This document shows positions 32,014 through 42,076 of a stretch of 64,000 nt of DNA, piece after piece (the first letter of the stretch is position 1; every line of letters begins with the position of its first letter). The stretch spans positions 3,296,001 through 3,360,000 of the forward strand of contig OY970325.1 of NCBI GenBank assembly GCA_963717145.1, given 5' to 3'. This stretch comes from an uncultured Armatimonadetes bacterium (lineage in GTDB: Bacteria > Armatimonadota > UBA5829 > DTJY01). The position numbers and the translations under genes are program-made. Under the pieces are notes generated by a model. That model ran no database searches, was not told the origin of the DNA, and saw nothing but the letters and a program-made list of their open reading frames with translations.

Positions 32014-33124
32014 TCACCGCTTACCGAACACTGCCTTTATCCCCTCCAGCTTCATCTCGCCCTCGCCCTTGGTAGGCGCGACGATTCCGCCCTCGCCGAA
32101 CTCGTTCCATGCATAGATGAGGAGCGCCTTCTGACAGCCTCCTTCCACCGGGAAGCCGAGCTTCGGGTACTTGTCGAGCGCGGATTTCACGCCCCTGAGG
32201 GCGGCGGTCCACTGCTTCCGGTTCGGGAGATCGAACGACGGCCTCGGATCCTTCCATGGTCGAGGGTCCCATCCCGCCGGGACGAACGGCACGTAGGGCT
32301 TCTCGCTCCCTTCGCCGTATGCCTTCCAACCGTCCTGAGCCAGCTTGAGGAGGTCCTCGTACGGATACGGCTCGGCGCGCTGCGGGAGGTCCGGCACGAC
32401 CATGTAGGTCGTCAGGAAATCGTACGGCGCGACGACCGGTCCCGTCGTGAGGCCGGTCAAGACCCCCTGAACCGATGAGCGGATTCGGGACGCCGCATTC
32501 CCTGCATATCCGGCGAAGGGTGTCGAGCCGGGCGACGACCTTCGCCGGGTCGTTCCCGTTCTGCTGGAGAAAGAACTCTGCGCCGTGGACCTTGAACACC
32601 GGTCGCCCGCCGACCCTGAGATAGCTCGGATGCTTCATCGCGGCGACCCACTCCCGGCATCCGGCCTCCCATCGCTCGTCGGTATCGAGCACGAACGGCG
32701 GATGGTTGACGTACTCGATGGTGAAGCTCATCCGCTTGGCATTCGGCGACGCCATGAACGTGCGCAGGCCCTCGTTGAGCATCTCGGCATGAGGCTCGGC
32801 AGGCTTGCCCGGAATCTGCGGGTACCAGAGGATCTGGAAGAAGTCGACGCCGTGCGCAGACGCCGCGTTGATCTCCCTGTCCATCGTGGCCTGCTCATTG
32901 TATTCGCCGAGCGTCGGGACTCGCCCCGGGAAGTCAAGCCGCCAGTCCTTGCCGCCGACATTCCACTTGTTGGGCAACTCCCGCCACCACCCGGCGAAGT
33001 AGTACACCCCGACCAGGTACTCGTCCTTCGGCATGGCTTTCCCCCAGGCATGTGACGTTATCAGCAGGCAGAACAAGACGATGAGACCGATGGGACGGAT
33101 GGGACATATGTGCCGACAAGCCAT
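32014..33124 (-). CDS. Secreted GH99/WbsX-like glycoside hydrolase (frameshift near 32465)
   Basis: Signal peptide, VGVYYF, P.LGEY, GVDFF..WY, YLRVGGRPVF, GWDPRPW, YAWNEFGEG. Confidence 0.75.
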
Positions 33125-33340
33125 GGTTATCACCTCTGAGGGTTGGTTCGGTGGAGGGGTGGGAGATTCCTGTCGGACCGGTCTCGGGGAGGGCGAGGCT
33201 CCGTCCGAGCCATGTTGCGGCGCGTGGCTCGGACGGAGCCTCGCCCTCCCCCGCACATAGCAGAGGGGCAGGAGTGCAACTCCTGCCCCAACGATCCTAT
33301 CTCTTGTTTTTCTCCGTGTCCTCCGTGCCTCCGTGGTTAC

Positions 33341-35007
33341 TTACGCCACGAGTTCTCGGCCAAGAATCGCCTCGAGGTCGGCCTCCGGCGTGGTGATCGG
33401 CGCGATGTTGAACTTCTCGACCAGCACGTTCAGCACCGGCGGGGTGACGAACGCCGGCAGGCTCGGCCCGAGGCGGATGTTCTTGATGCCCAGGTGCAGC
33501 AGCGTCAGCAGGATCGCCACCGCCTTCTGCTCGTACCAGGACAGGACCAGCGAGAGCGGCAGGTCGTTGACGCCGCACTCGAACGCCTCGGCCAGCGCCA
33601 CCGCGATCTGGATCGCCGAGTAGGCGTCGTTGCACTGGCCGATGTCGAGCAGCCGCGGGATGCCGCCGATGTCGCCGAAGTCGAGCTTGTTGAAGCGGTA
33701 CTTGCCGCAGGCCAGCGTCAGGATGACGCAGTCCTTCGGCACCTGTCTGCGGCGAACTCGGTGTAGTAGTTGCGGCCCGGCTTCGCGCCGTCGCAGCCGC
33801 CGATCGAGGAAGAAGTGCTTGATCGCGCCCGCTCTTGACCGCGTCGATGACCTTGTCCGGCCACGCCCAGCACCGCGTTGCGGCCGAAGCCGACGAGTGA
33901 TCGTCTTCTCCGGCGCGTCCTCGGCGAAGCCCGGCGCGGCCAGCGCCGCCTCGATCACCGGCGCGAAGTCGCGGTTCGGCGATGTGCTCGACGCCCGGCC
34001 AGGCCACCAGCCCGCTGGTGAAGATGCGGCCCTTGTAGGCTCTCCTGCGGCTTCTGGATGCAGTTGGTGGTCATCAGGATCGCGCCGGGGAACGCGTCGA
34101 ACTCCTGCGCCTGGTCCTGCCACGCGCCGCCGTAGTTGCCGACCAGGTGCTTGTACTTCTTCAGCTCCGGGATAGCCGTGCGCGGGCAGCATCTCGCCGT
34201 GCGTGTAGACGTTGATGCCCTTGCCCTCGGTCTGCTTGAGCAGCTCCTCGAGGTCCTTCAGGTCGTGGCCGGAGACGAGGATGCGCCTTGCCCTTGACCG
34301 GCGTGACGCGGACCGGCGTCGGCTCGGGATGGCCGTAGGCGCCGGTGTTGGCCGCGTCGAGCAGCTCCATCACCTTGAGGTTCACCTCGCCGGCCTTCAG
34401 CGCCCATGCCGAGCGAGCTCGTCGACGCGTCGGGTTCGGCTTGCGTCAGGAAGTCGAGCGCCTCGTGGAACGGTCGCATAGACGCCGTCGTCCTCCTGGC
34501 CGAGGATCCGCGCGTGGTCGGCATAGGCCGCCGCGCCCTTGAGGCCGTAGATGACCAGTTCCTGCAGACCGGTGACGTCGTCGCCCGCGCGGCATGCGCC
34601 CCTCGATGCCGATCGCGGCTCCCTGCGCGACGAGTCCCTCGATCGTGGCCTCGGGGACCCACGCCGCCGGTCCGCCGAGCGTCTCGGGGTTGCCGGTCGG
34701 CGCCCTCGTAGAGCTTCTTCGCCCGGTCGCGCATCTCCGCGGCCTTCAGGATGAACTCCCTGAGTCGCTCCGGGTCGAAGTCCACGTTGGTCACCGTGGC
34801 GAACAGCGCCTCGACGACGAACCGGTCGATCTCGCGGTCCGCGCGCCGGGCTGCCGGGCCCGGTGGGCGTACATCGAGATGCCCTTGGTCGCATGCGTAC
34901 AGCAGGTCCTGGAGCGCGGCGGTCGTCGGGTCCTTGCCGCAGACGCCCTGAATCGTGCAGCCGGTTCCCTTTGCCGTCTGTTCGCACTGGTAGCAGAACA
35001 TACTCAT
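33341..35007 (-). CDS. hcp: Hydroxylamine reductase / hybrid cluster protein (many frameshifts)
   Basis: [12 protein letters not shown]...[45 protein letters not shown]. Confidence 0.93.
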
Positions 35008-35120
35008 TCTCTACAATCGTCCTTTCTGTATGATCTTCCGGTCCCCTGTAGTGGCCGTGCCTCTGTGCAGGCCTCCGAGGTACCATGGCCGGCACGGAGG
35101 CGCGGCCACTACAGGGGTCC

Positions 35121-35543
35121 TCAGGTTTGCCCGACTGGTTTCGCCAGTTGAGCGAGAGTTGTGCCGGACAGATATGCTCTTACCTGCCCGTTCACTGATT
35201 CGACCAAACCTCCCAACACGCAGTTCTTTCCATCGCATGCAGGATGTCCGAGCAGGCAGTCGCTCGGGCGATACGGCCCCTCGATCGCCTCGAAGACTTC
35301 CATCAGGGTGATCTCCGCCGGCGACTTGGCCAGCTTGAACCCGCCGGTGGGACCTCGGAAAGCATCGACGAGCCCGGCCTTGGCGAGTTCCTGCCGAACC
35401 TTGGCGAGGTGGTTTTCGGATATCGACAGCGAGTTGGCGATCTCATGCGTCGAGATCAGCCTGTCGGGATCTCGGGCCAACATCGCCATCGCATGGAATG
35501 CCAATACTGCGGCCTCCGATATGTGGAGCATCCTCGGCGTCAT
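35121..35543 (-). CDS. Rrf2-family transcriptional regulator with three Cys (probable Fe-S)
   Basis: HLAKV..L.KAGLV...[32 protein letters not shown]. Confidence 0.92.
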   Translation of the reverse strand: MTPRMLHISEAAVLAFHAMAMLARDPDRLISTHEIANSLSISENHLAKVRQELAKAGLVDAFRGPTGGFKLAKSPAEITLMEVFEAIEGPYRPSDCLLGHPACDGKNCVLGGLVESVNGQVRAYLSGTTLAQLAKPVGQT

Positions 35544-35567
35544 ACGCGCGTTCCCCTCAATTCCTGC

Positions 35568-35607
35568 ATTCAGGTACGTTTATACCCAAATATTCGGGTT
35601 TTGTCAA
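35568..35607 (-). promoter_or_regulatory. Promoter of rrf2-hcp with overlapping palindromic operator
   Basis: TTGACA-17-TATAAA (35607-35579); ATTCAGGTA-N6-TACCCAAAT imperfect palindrome at 35568-35591. Confidence 0.65.
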
Positions 35608-35721
35608 CATCTTCTGCACTTTTTTTTCGCGAGCGATCTTGTGGCGTAGTGGCCGTGCCTCTGTGCCGGCCTCACCACGCCGGTGGCCGGCACAGAGGCA
35701 CGGCCACTACACCAATACCGG

Positions 35722-38109
35722 CTACTGAGCGGCCACCTTGTAGACGTGGACTTCGAGCGGCTTGAAGTCGTCCTGCCAGACGCCCTTCTCGGCGGCGACC
35801 GAGCGCTTCTCGAAGAGTACCTCGACCGGAGCCGAGGCCGTCATCCCCGGCAGTGAGAGCTTCATGGTGCATGGCTTGGTGTCATGGTTCACCGCGAAGA
35901 CGTAGGTCTCGCCACTCAGCTTCTTGACCATGATGTCGATCGGCGTGTCTTTGGGTTCGATGGTCGGCATCACCTGCGAGTCCGGGGTGAGCAGCACCGG
36001 GGTCAGGTCGTGCATCTCGCCGGCGAGTCGCTTCATATACGCCCAATGGTCCGGGTAGTCTCGGATGTAGTACTTCGAGGCGGTGTGCGCCCAGTAGATG
36101 ATTCCCTTCGCGCCGTGGACGAGCGCCAGGTAGGTCATGCAGCGCTCCTCCTCGTTCGTCGGGCGGTGGACTCCATCCACCTTGCCGGTCCGCCAGACAT
36201 TCCAGTCGAACGCCTGCGGGATCGTCCAGACCGGCTTGTCCTTCTCGATGGCCTTCACCGCGCCTGAGACGGTATTAGTCACATATGTCACCGGCGAATG
36301 AGGGATCGGATAGGGGTCGATCCACATGATGTCGGTGCAGGTCCGATATTTGGCAGCCGCGCCGGGGCTCATGATGACGAGCGAGCAGGGATGATCGGGG
36401 TCGGTTTCCCTCACGATCTGGTACAACTCGCGGGTCTTGTCCACAGCCGCCTTGCCGATCCCCTCAGGCTCGTCCACAAGGTACCAGCCCAACAGCGCAG
36501 GGTGATCTCTCCTCGCGATGACATCCTTCGCGGCATTCGCCAGAGTCACATCCGCGCCGACCACGCTGAACGGACCCGTCGGGTATACGAACGCCTTGAT
36601 CCCGTTCCGACCGGCGGCATCGAGCAGTGGAGTGACCGTTTCGACCGTGTAGGCATAGAAGACCGTCGTGTTGAAGCCGGCCTCGCTCGCCTCGCGGAGG
36701 ACCGAGTCGTGATCCGTGCCCTTGCCGTCCTGGAGCGTATACATGCCCACCGGGAAGTATGGCTTGCCGTCCACCGTGAGGAAGCCGTTCGCATCGAATC
36801 CGACAGGCGCATCGGGCGCATACGGCATGGGGCGGCTTCTCGCCGGGTAGATCACCTTGCCGTCCTGCTTCAACTCGACCTGGATGTAGTATCGACCGGC
36901 GGCCCGGTTCGACAGGTCGAAGCTCACCGGCGTCGGATTCGCGGGAGGCGGCTTGATGGTCGCGACCTCGACCGGCGCAGTCACCCCGGCGGCGAGGAGC
37001 GAGACCAGCAGTTCGCAGGTCGCCGCCTGCTCAGGGGAGACGTTCACCTTTACGGACGCCTCGGCCTTCTTGTGGTAGACGGCATACATCGCCTCTTCGA
37101 TGACCACCGGCCCAGGCACCGCGAAGTCTCGTCCGATCGAATAGAGGTACCGCCCCTTCATGTCCTCGACCCTGGCATTGAACCTGAACTGGCCCGGGCC
37201 GCCCATATCGAGCGTGAACGAGCCGACGGCATTCCTCCCGGGCTGAACGATGACGTATTCGGTGTTGCCCGCCATGTTCGCAGCGCCGGTGACGTTGTAG
37301 GCGAAGCGGAGTTGTATTTTGCTCTTCGACTTGTTCGTAATCGTGAATGGAGTCGTCTGCTTCCCGACATAGAGCGTCTCGGGCAGCTTGAGGTCCATCG
37401 TGACGTACGAGTTGTCCGCCGCGGGGATGATCAACTCTCCCAGGCGCGACGGATTGATGAACAGATCCGGGGTCGGCGACCACGAACTCAGTTCCCGAGC
37501 GCCCGCGACCCGCTCCCTGGCGAAGTTCACGCCCAGACAAGGGCTCTCATCCGGCATGACGCCGAGCGACGAGAACGGCAGCTTGATCTCGACGTACCAC
37601 TCCTTCTTGCCCTGGGATCCCGCGGCCTCCCACTCGCCGTTCCAGGCGGGGTCCTCCGCCATTACGCCCTGAGTGATCCTGACGGTCTCGTCATAGCGCA
37701 CACCCGTGGCGTTGACGACGAGGTGGAGCAGCCCCTGCCTGTCGTTGGTCGGATCGATGATCACTTCGACCGAGTCGTCGGTCCACACCTGTGAGTCTCG
37801 TTCGGTCTGCTTTGCCGAGAGCTGATCCATATTCGGCTCGATGCATCTGAAGCCGACGTAGAGCGACTGGCCGTCGGTCAGCACCTTGACGTAAGTCGGC
37901 GCGGCGGGCTTCTCGTCGGAGTTCACCAGTGTGAAGCCGGAGATCTCGCGAGCCTTTGACCAGGCGGCGTCATTCAGCTTGCCGTCGATGACCGGCGGCT
38001 TTGTGATGCGCTGGGCGACCGCTCGTGCGGGGACGGCATCGGCGGACCACGAGCATGCGGTGGCTCCGATCAGAATGATGAGACCGAGGCATATCGAGCA
38101 GACTCTCAT
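35722..38109 (-). CDS. Secreted protein with CBM9-like domain and C-terminal glycoside hydrolase-like TIM barrel
   Basis: Signal peptide; PVIDGKLND.AW, DDSVEV.IDP; VDGKPYFPVGMY, HPALLGWYLVDEP, DPYP. Confidence 0.75.
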   Translation of the reverse strand: MRVCSICLGLIILIGATACSWSADAVPARAVAQRITKPPVIDGKLNDAAWSKAREISGFTLVNSDEKPAAPTYVKVLTDGQSLYVGFRCIEPNMDQLSAKQTERDSQVWTDDSVEVIIDPTNDRQGLLHLVVNATGVRYDETVRITQGVMAEDPAWNGEWEAAGSQGKKEWYVEIKLPFSSLGVMPDESPCLGVNFARERVAGARELSSWSPTPDLFINPSRLGELIIPAADNSYVTMDLKLPETLYVGKQTTPFTITNKSKSKIQLRFAYNVTGAANMAGNTEYVIVQPGRNAVGSFTLDMGGPGQFRFNARVEDMKGRYLYSIGRDFAVPGPVVIEEAMYAVYHKKAEASVKVNVSPEQAATCELLVSLLAAGVTAPVEVATIKPPPANPTPVSFDLSNRAAGRYYIQVELKQDGKVIYPARSRPMPYAPDAPVGFDANGFLTVDGKPYFPVGMYTLQDGKGTDHDSVLREASEAGFNTTVFYAYTVETVTPLLDAAGRNGIKAFVYPTGPFSVVGADVTLANAAKDVIARRDHPALLGWYLVDEPEGIGKAAVDKTRELYQIVRETDPDHPCSLVIMSPGAAAKYRTCTDIMWIDPYPIPHSPVTYVTNTVSGAVKAIEKDKPVWTIPQAFDWNVWRTGKVDGVHRPTNEEERCMTYLALVHGAKGIIYWAHTASKYYIRDYPDHWAYMKRLAGEMHDLTPVLLTPDSQVMPTIEPKDTPIDIMVKKLSGETYVFAVNHDTKPCTMKLSLPGMTASAPVEVLFEKRSVAAEKGVWQDDFKPLEVHVYKVAAQ

Positions 38110-38129
38110 TTCCTTCCTCCTCCACAGTG

Positions 38130-38226
38130 CGGGCCGGGACAGAGCCACGGCCCCTACGGCACGGGCCGGGACAGAGCCGCGGCCCCTACGGGCACGGGCC
38201 GGGACAGAGCCGCGGCCCCTACGGGC
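38130..38226. repeat. Three tandem 32-33 bp REP units (reverse complement GTAGGGGCCGCGGCTCTGTCCCGGCCCG)
   Basis: Direct tandem copies. Confidence 0.88.
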
Positions 38227-38418
38227 TTTGATGGAATGGCTTGGTCGATCGCCAACTGTCGAGGCTACATTACGCCGGGAATGGGGTTTGTCCTTCTGTG
38301 CGGAACGTTGGATGTAGTGGCCGCGCCTCAGTGCCGGCCATGCCGCGCCTCAGTGCCGGCCATGCAAGGTTGGGAGGCCGGCACGGAGGCACGGCCACTA
38401 CAACGGAAGGCAGCAGGG

Positions 38419-39579
38419 TCACTCGACTTCGGTGAAGACCGAGAGCTGACGGTCGAATTCCGATAGCGGCTTGAGGAGCTTCTCCATGACGACCGTCGTG
38501 CCCTCAGGGCCGGTCGCGAGCTTGACGTGGTCGCACACGCGGAGGATCAGCGTGTATCCGAGGCCCATCGAGGCGCGAGTCGTGAATCCCGCGAGCAGGG
38601 CCACCTTGGGGATGATGAAGGTGTCTATCCCCTTGCCGCGATCTACGACGGCAGTCCAGATAGAGCCCTCTTTCCGGCCGACGTACAGCCAGCCCTCTCC
38701 GGCATGCTTCACCGCGTTGCTGAGCGCCTCACCGAGTGCCAGCTCGAACTCCCGCAAGGAGTTCTCTTGCATTCCTGCTTGACTGCAGTATCCCATCGCC
38801 TCATGCCGTGCCTCGGCCAGGTCGTAGGAGGCCGACACGTGGATGGAGATGTCCGGATCGCGGACCCAGTCCCTGGCGTCGGCGGGATCGGTGATCTCGA
38901 ACTTGCCTCCGGTCACGGCGAGGATGGTCTCACGGTAGAACCGCCGCTTGTCCCTTTCGACCTCGACGGCCTGTTCGCGTCTCTCCGTCTCCACGCGTTT
39001 CCTCTCGGTGATATCGCGCGCGATGGCCACACCCATCACTCTCTTGCCGACTTTCACGGTCCGCGAGCTGATCTCGACCGGGATCTCGGAGCCGTCCTTC
39101 GCGACCTGACAGGTCTCATAGACGACGCGGCCCCTTTCCCAAAGCTCGCGAATGGCATCGCGATGCTCATCGCGCAGATCCGGTGCAATCAGTTCAGTCG
39201 GCTCCATCTTCTTGAGCTGAGACAGCGTGTACCCGAGGCGTTCCACCGCGGCCTGATTGGCGGCGATGAACCGACCCGGATGGCCGTCCTCGAGATAGAA
39301 CAGCAGGATCGCATCGTTCACACCGTCGAAGACCAACGCGACCTGAGCTTCGGTGTGCAGGATGCGCTTGATCGCGCGCTTCACAAGCATGTAGAGCAGC
39401 GCCGCCGTGATCAGCACGAATGCGAGCCCCTTGACTATGGAGAGCGAGACCAACAGCCTGGGATTCCTCACGCCGAGGAGCAGCAAATCGGACAAGAAGA
39501 TCCAGAGTGCTGACACTACAATGTATATGAGAGTGATCCGTACTGCGGAGGCGTCGCGTTTTTCTACAGAGTACTCCAT
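38419..39579 (-). CDS. Membrane PAS-domain protein with anti-sigma-type HATPase domain
   Basis: Two TM segments, PAS (ANQAA..LGY, KDGSEIPVEIS, RDITERK), EALSNAVKHA, DRGKGI, GLG; no HisKA. Confidence 0.8.
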   Translation of the reverse strand: MEYSVEKRDASAVRITLIYIVVSALWIFLSDLLLLGVRNPRLLVSLSIVKGLAFVLITAALLYMLVKRAIKRILHTEAQVALVFDGVNDAILLFYLEDGHPGRFIAANQAAVERLGYTLSQLKKMEPTELIAPDLRDEHRDAIRELWERGRVVYETCQVAKDGSEIPVEISSRTVKVGKRVMGVAIARDITERKRVETERREQAVEVERDKRRFYRETILAVTGGKFEITDPADARDWVRDPDISIHVSASYDLAEARHEAMGYCSQAGMQENSLREFELALGEALSNAVKHAGEGWLYVGRKEGSIWTAVVDRGKGIDTFIIPKVALLAGFTTRASMGLGYTLILRVCDHVKLATGPEGTTVVMEKLLKPLSEFDRQLSVFTEVE

Positions 39580-39641
39580 GAATAATATCCTCAGGGGACT
39601 CTTACCCAGTTGCCCGCACTGTTATACCTGGGGCTGTTGGT

Positions 39642-39834
39642 CAGCTAGTAGCGCGAGCGGCGTCCGTTGCTTTCTCGAACAACTCCACGTCTTCCCGGAG
39701 CATGTTCGGGTTGTGCTCGGTGTAGACGCCGACGCAGACCGCATCGGTCGGGCGCATCGCACGGGCCGCGAACTGGAACGCCTCGGTGGGATCGTTTCGT
39801 CCGGCGGCGAGGATCTTGTAGTGGAACGCAGGCC
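39642..39834 (-). pseudogene. Orphan 3' fragment duplicating the C-terminus of the 41173-41979 gene
   Basis: Encodes PAFHYKILAAGRNDPTEAFQFAARAMRPTDAVCVGVYTEHNPNMLREDVELFEKATDAARATS*; no start codon. Confidence 0.85.
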
Positions 39835-41088
39835 TCAGATCCCTCCGTCGGGCGGTATGTTGCCGTCTCTGATCTTAGCAGGAGGTACCACCGAGATGAA
39901 CAGGTTCTCGCACGGTCGGCCCTGGATCGTAACCCGGTAGATGTCCATGCCTCCCGATGTGCCGACTTTGTTCGTGGGCGGTCGGATGGCGACCTTGGCC
40001 CACTCCGACGGCACACGGACCTCGATGGTGGTCTTTCTCCATCCCGCCCAGCGTTTTGCGGGCTCCATGATGTACATCAGCCCGAACCATTTCCCAGGCC
40101 CACGATAGATCCCGCCGAGACTCTGGGCGTACTGCACGATGAGCTTATGCGTCTTCTCCGGCTGAAGGGTTATTGGGAAGCGGAATACTCCAAAAGATGG
40201 CTCCCACCCGAGCAGAGCACCCATCATATCCATGAGCTGGTTCGTGTCCGGGTCGAGCAGCACGGGCTCGTGGCCCCAGCGCTCCGAGAGAATCTCGTAC
40301 ACATCGATCGGCTCGTAAGTGGGGTCGAGCCACTTCAGCGCATTCTGGACGAGTTCTTCGAGACTGTTCCCGGTCGCACTCGGGATAACACCGAGCAGCC
40401 CCCCGGCAAGGAACTCTCCCTCAAAGGGACCCTCACGGGGAATGATCTTGTTCTTTGTCAGCCACAGGCCGAGTCGGCCAGCGCCTGCATCCTCCAGCCA
40501 TTCTCGCTCGTACCTGGCCAGGTCTTTGTCCTTCTCCCGGTTCTCCGCGTTGTCAAACAGCATCTTCGCATTCTCTACAGCGTCTCTGCAGGTGGCCTCG
40601 ACCTGGTTCTTCAGCTCGGGTTTGGAGTCGAGCAGCTTGTCGATCTGCGCGAGCCACGGCTTGACATACTGGTCCGCGAGGTCGGCGTATGTGAGCAGTG
40701 TGGCCCCGACCGGCTTGCCGTCCAGCTTGATGGCTGGGGCATAGGCGGGGTCAAGCTTCGAGTGAATCTCAGCAGTATACTGGTAACCCGATGTCGGCCA
40801 GCCGACCATGATCTGCAGGGGCTTGTGTTTGACGTTCTCGATCGTGTACTCGACGCGGATGATCGCCGGCTGAGCATAGTTATCCGTTGGCTTGAGGTCG
40901 AATATGCCCTTGACGGTCGGCATCGTCACAGTGATCTTCTGGTCGCGCACGTATGCTGAGTCGCCGTCGATTGGCACTATGATGCCGCTGCCGGACATCT
41001 CGCCGGTGGGCTCGCCATTTGCATAGAGCGGGCAGGCGGAAAGCAGTACTCCGAGAACAACTAGTGCGGAAAACCACAGCTTGGTCAT
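39835..41088 (-). CDS. Secreted hypothetical protein (DUF4424-like)
   Basis: GGAGG RBS, signal peptide ending LYA/N; FPITLQP..THKLIVQY and YIMEPAKRWAG resemble DUF4424. Confidence 0.6.
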   Translation of the reverse strand: MTKLWFSALVVLGVLLSACPLYANGEPTGEMSGSGIIVPIDGDSAYVRDQKITVTMPTVKGIFDLKPTDNYAQPAIIRVEYTIENVKHKPLQIMVGWPTSGYQYTAEIHSKLDPAYAPAIKLDGKPVGATLLTYADLADQYVKPWLAQIDKLLDSKPELKNQVEATCRDAVENAKMLFDNAENREKDKDLARYEREWLEDAGAGRLGLWLTKNKIIPREGPFEGEFLAGGLLGVIPSATGNSLEELVQNALKWLDPTYEPIDVYEILSERWGHEPVLLDPDTNQLMDMMGALLGWEPSFGVFRFPITLQPEKTHKLIVQYAQSLGGIYRGPGKWFGLMYIMEPAKRWAGWRKTTIEVRVPSEWAKVAIRPPTNKVGTSGGMDIYRVTIQGRPCENLFISVVPPAKIRDGNIPPDGGI

Positions 41089-41172
41089 TTCCGTGCACCT
41101 CCGGTTTCGGATCGATTGCAGATTATGCAAGCGGGACAGGCATCCTCCGCTTCATCTTCACATCTATACGTA

Positions 41173-41979
41173 TCACGCATGCGGTCGGTTACACCGGCCC
41201 ACTCGCTCGAACAACTCCACGTCTTCCCGGAGCATGTTCGGGTTGTGCTCGGTGTAGACGCCGACGCAGACCGCATCGGTCGGACGCATCGACCGGGCGG
41301 CGAACTCGAAGGCCTCGGCGGGATCGTTTCGTCCGGCGGCGAGGATCTTGTAGTGGAACGCCGGCTTCGAGAGCGTTTGGATCAGGTCGGTCATGATCTT
41401 CCGGTCCTCGGGCCAGAACCATTCGGGCGACCCGTGGACGTGCTCCGGCCGCTCGACGCGGCGCATCGAGTTGTAGTAGGAACACATGTAGTAGTCGACG
41501 TCGAGATGCTCGTCGGCCCACTCGATGACCTTCGGATCGTGTGCCGCTATCCCGGCAAGGAGGCCCGCCGAGCGGATCATTTCGATCAAAGCGGGGATGT
41601 GATCGAGTTCGCCCTTCGCGAGCTGGTGGTCCATGTATCCGCCGTGGATGTGGCACGCCTTCGCGCCGCCCTGAATCGCGCGCTCGATGCACACCTCGGG
41701 CGTCCCCTCCGGCGGGCAGGTCTGCGCGAACCATTGGATCGCGCCGCCCTCGTCCCGGTACTCCCGCACGAAGCGCATGACGTTCATATCGGTCCGGGCG
41801 ATGACGGTGTTGATCCCGAGCGACTCGGCGTCCCGGAGGAGCGCCTTCGTCCGCTCGATGGTGTACCAGCCGACCATCTGTTGGTCCATCTCGACGCTCT
41901 GGTGCGAGAACCCGCTGATCGGGTTCGTCCCCAGGATGAACCGGCTTACTGCGATATCACCGATGTGTATTGTGTCCAT
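41173..41979 (-). CDS. Conserved hypothetical protein, aldo/keto-reductase-like fold
   Basis: VSRFILGTNPISGFSHQS, GIAAH.P, YKILAAGR. Confidence 0.7.
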   Translation of the reverse strand: MDTIHIGDIAVSRFILGTNPISGFSHQSVEMDQQMVGWYTIERTKALLRDAESLGINTVIARTDMNVMRFVREYRDEGGAIQWFAQTCPPEGTPEVCIERAIQGGAKACHIHGGYMDHQLAKGELDHIPALIEMIRSAGLLAGIAAHDPKVIEWADEHLDVDYYMCSYYNSMRRVERPEHVHGSPEWFWPEDRKIMTDLIQTLSKPAFHYKILAAGRNDPAEAFEFAARSMRPTDAVCVGVYTEHNPNMLREDVELFERVGRCNRPHA

Positions 41980-41997
41980 TTCGTTTCTCCGATTCGC

Positions 41998-42076
41998 AGG
42001 AGACACGTCATGCTGAACTCGGTTCAGCGTCCACGGGCACTGGATGCTGAACCGAGTTCAGCATGACGTGTCTCCT
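41998..42076. repeat. Inverted repeat, GTCATGCTGAAC..GTTCAGC family
   Basis: Related copies at 43868-43910 and 52062-52126. Confidence 0.88.

Noticed and set aside
38130-38226. Mini-CRISPR
   Set aside because: Head-to-tail repeats with no unique spacers
39674-41366. Diversity-generating retroelement TR/VR pair
   Set aside because: Differences are not adenine-specific and no reverse transcriptase is present in the window
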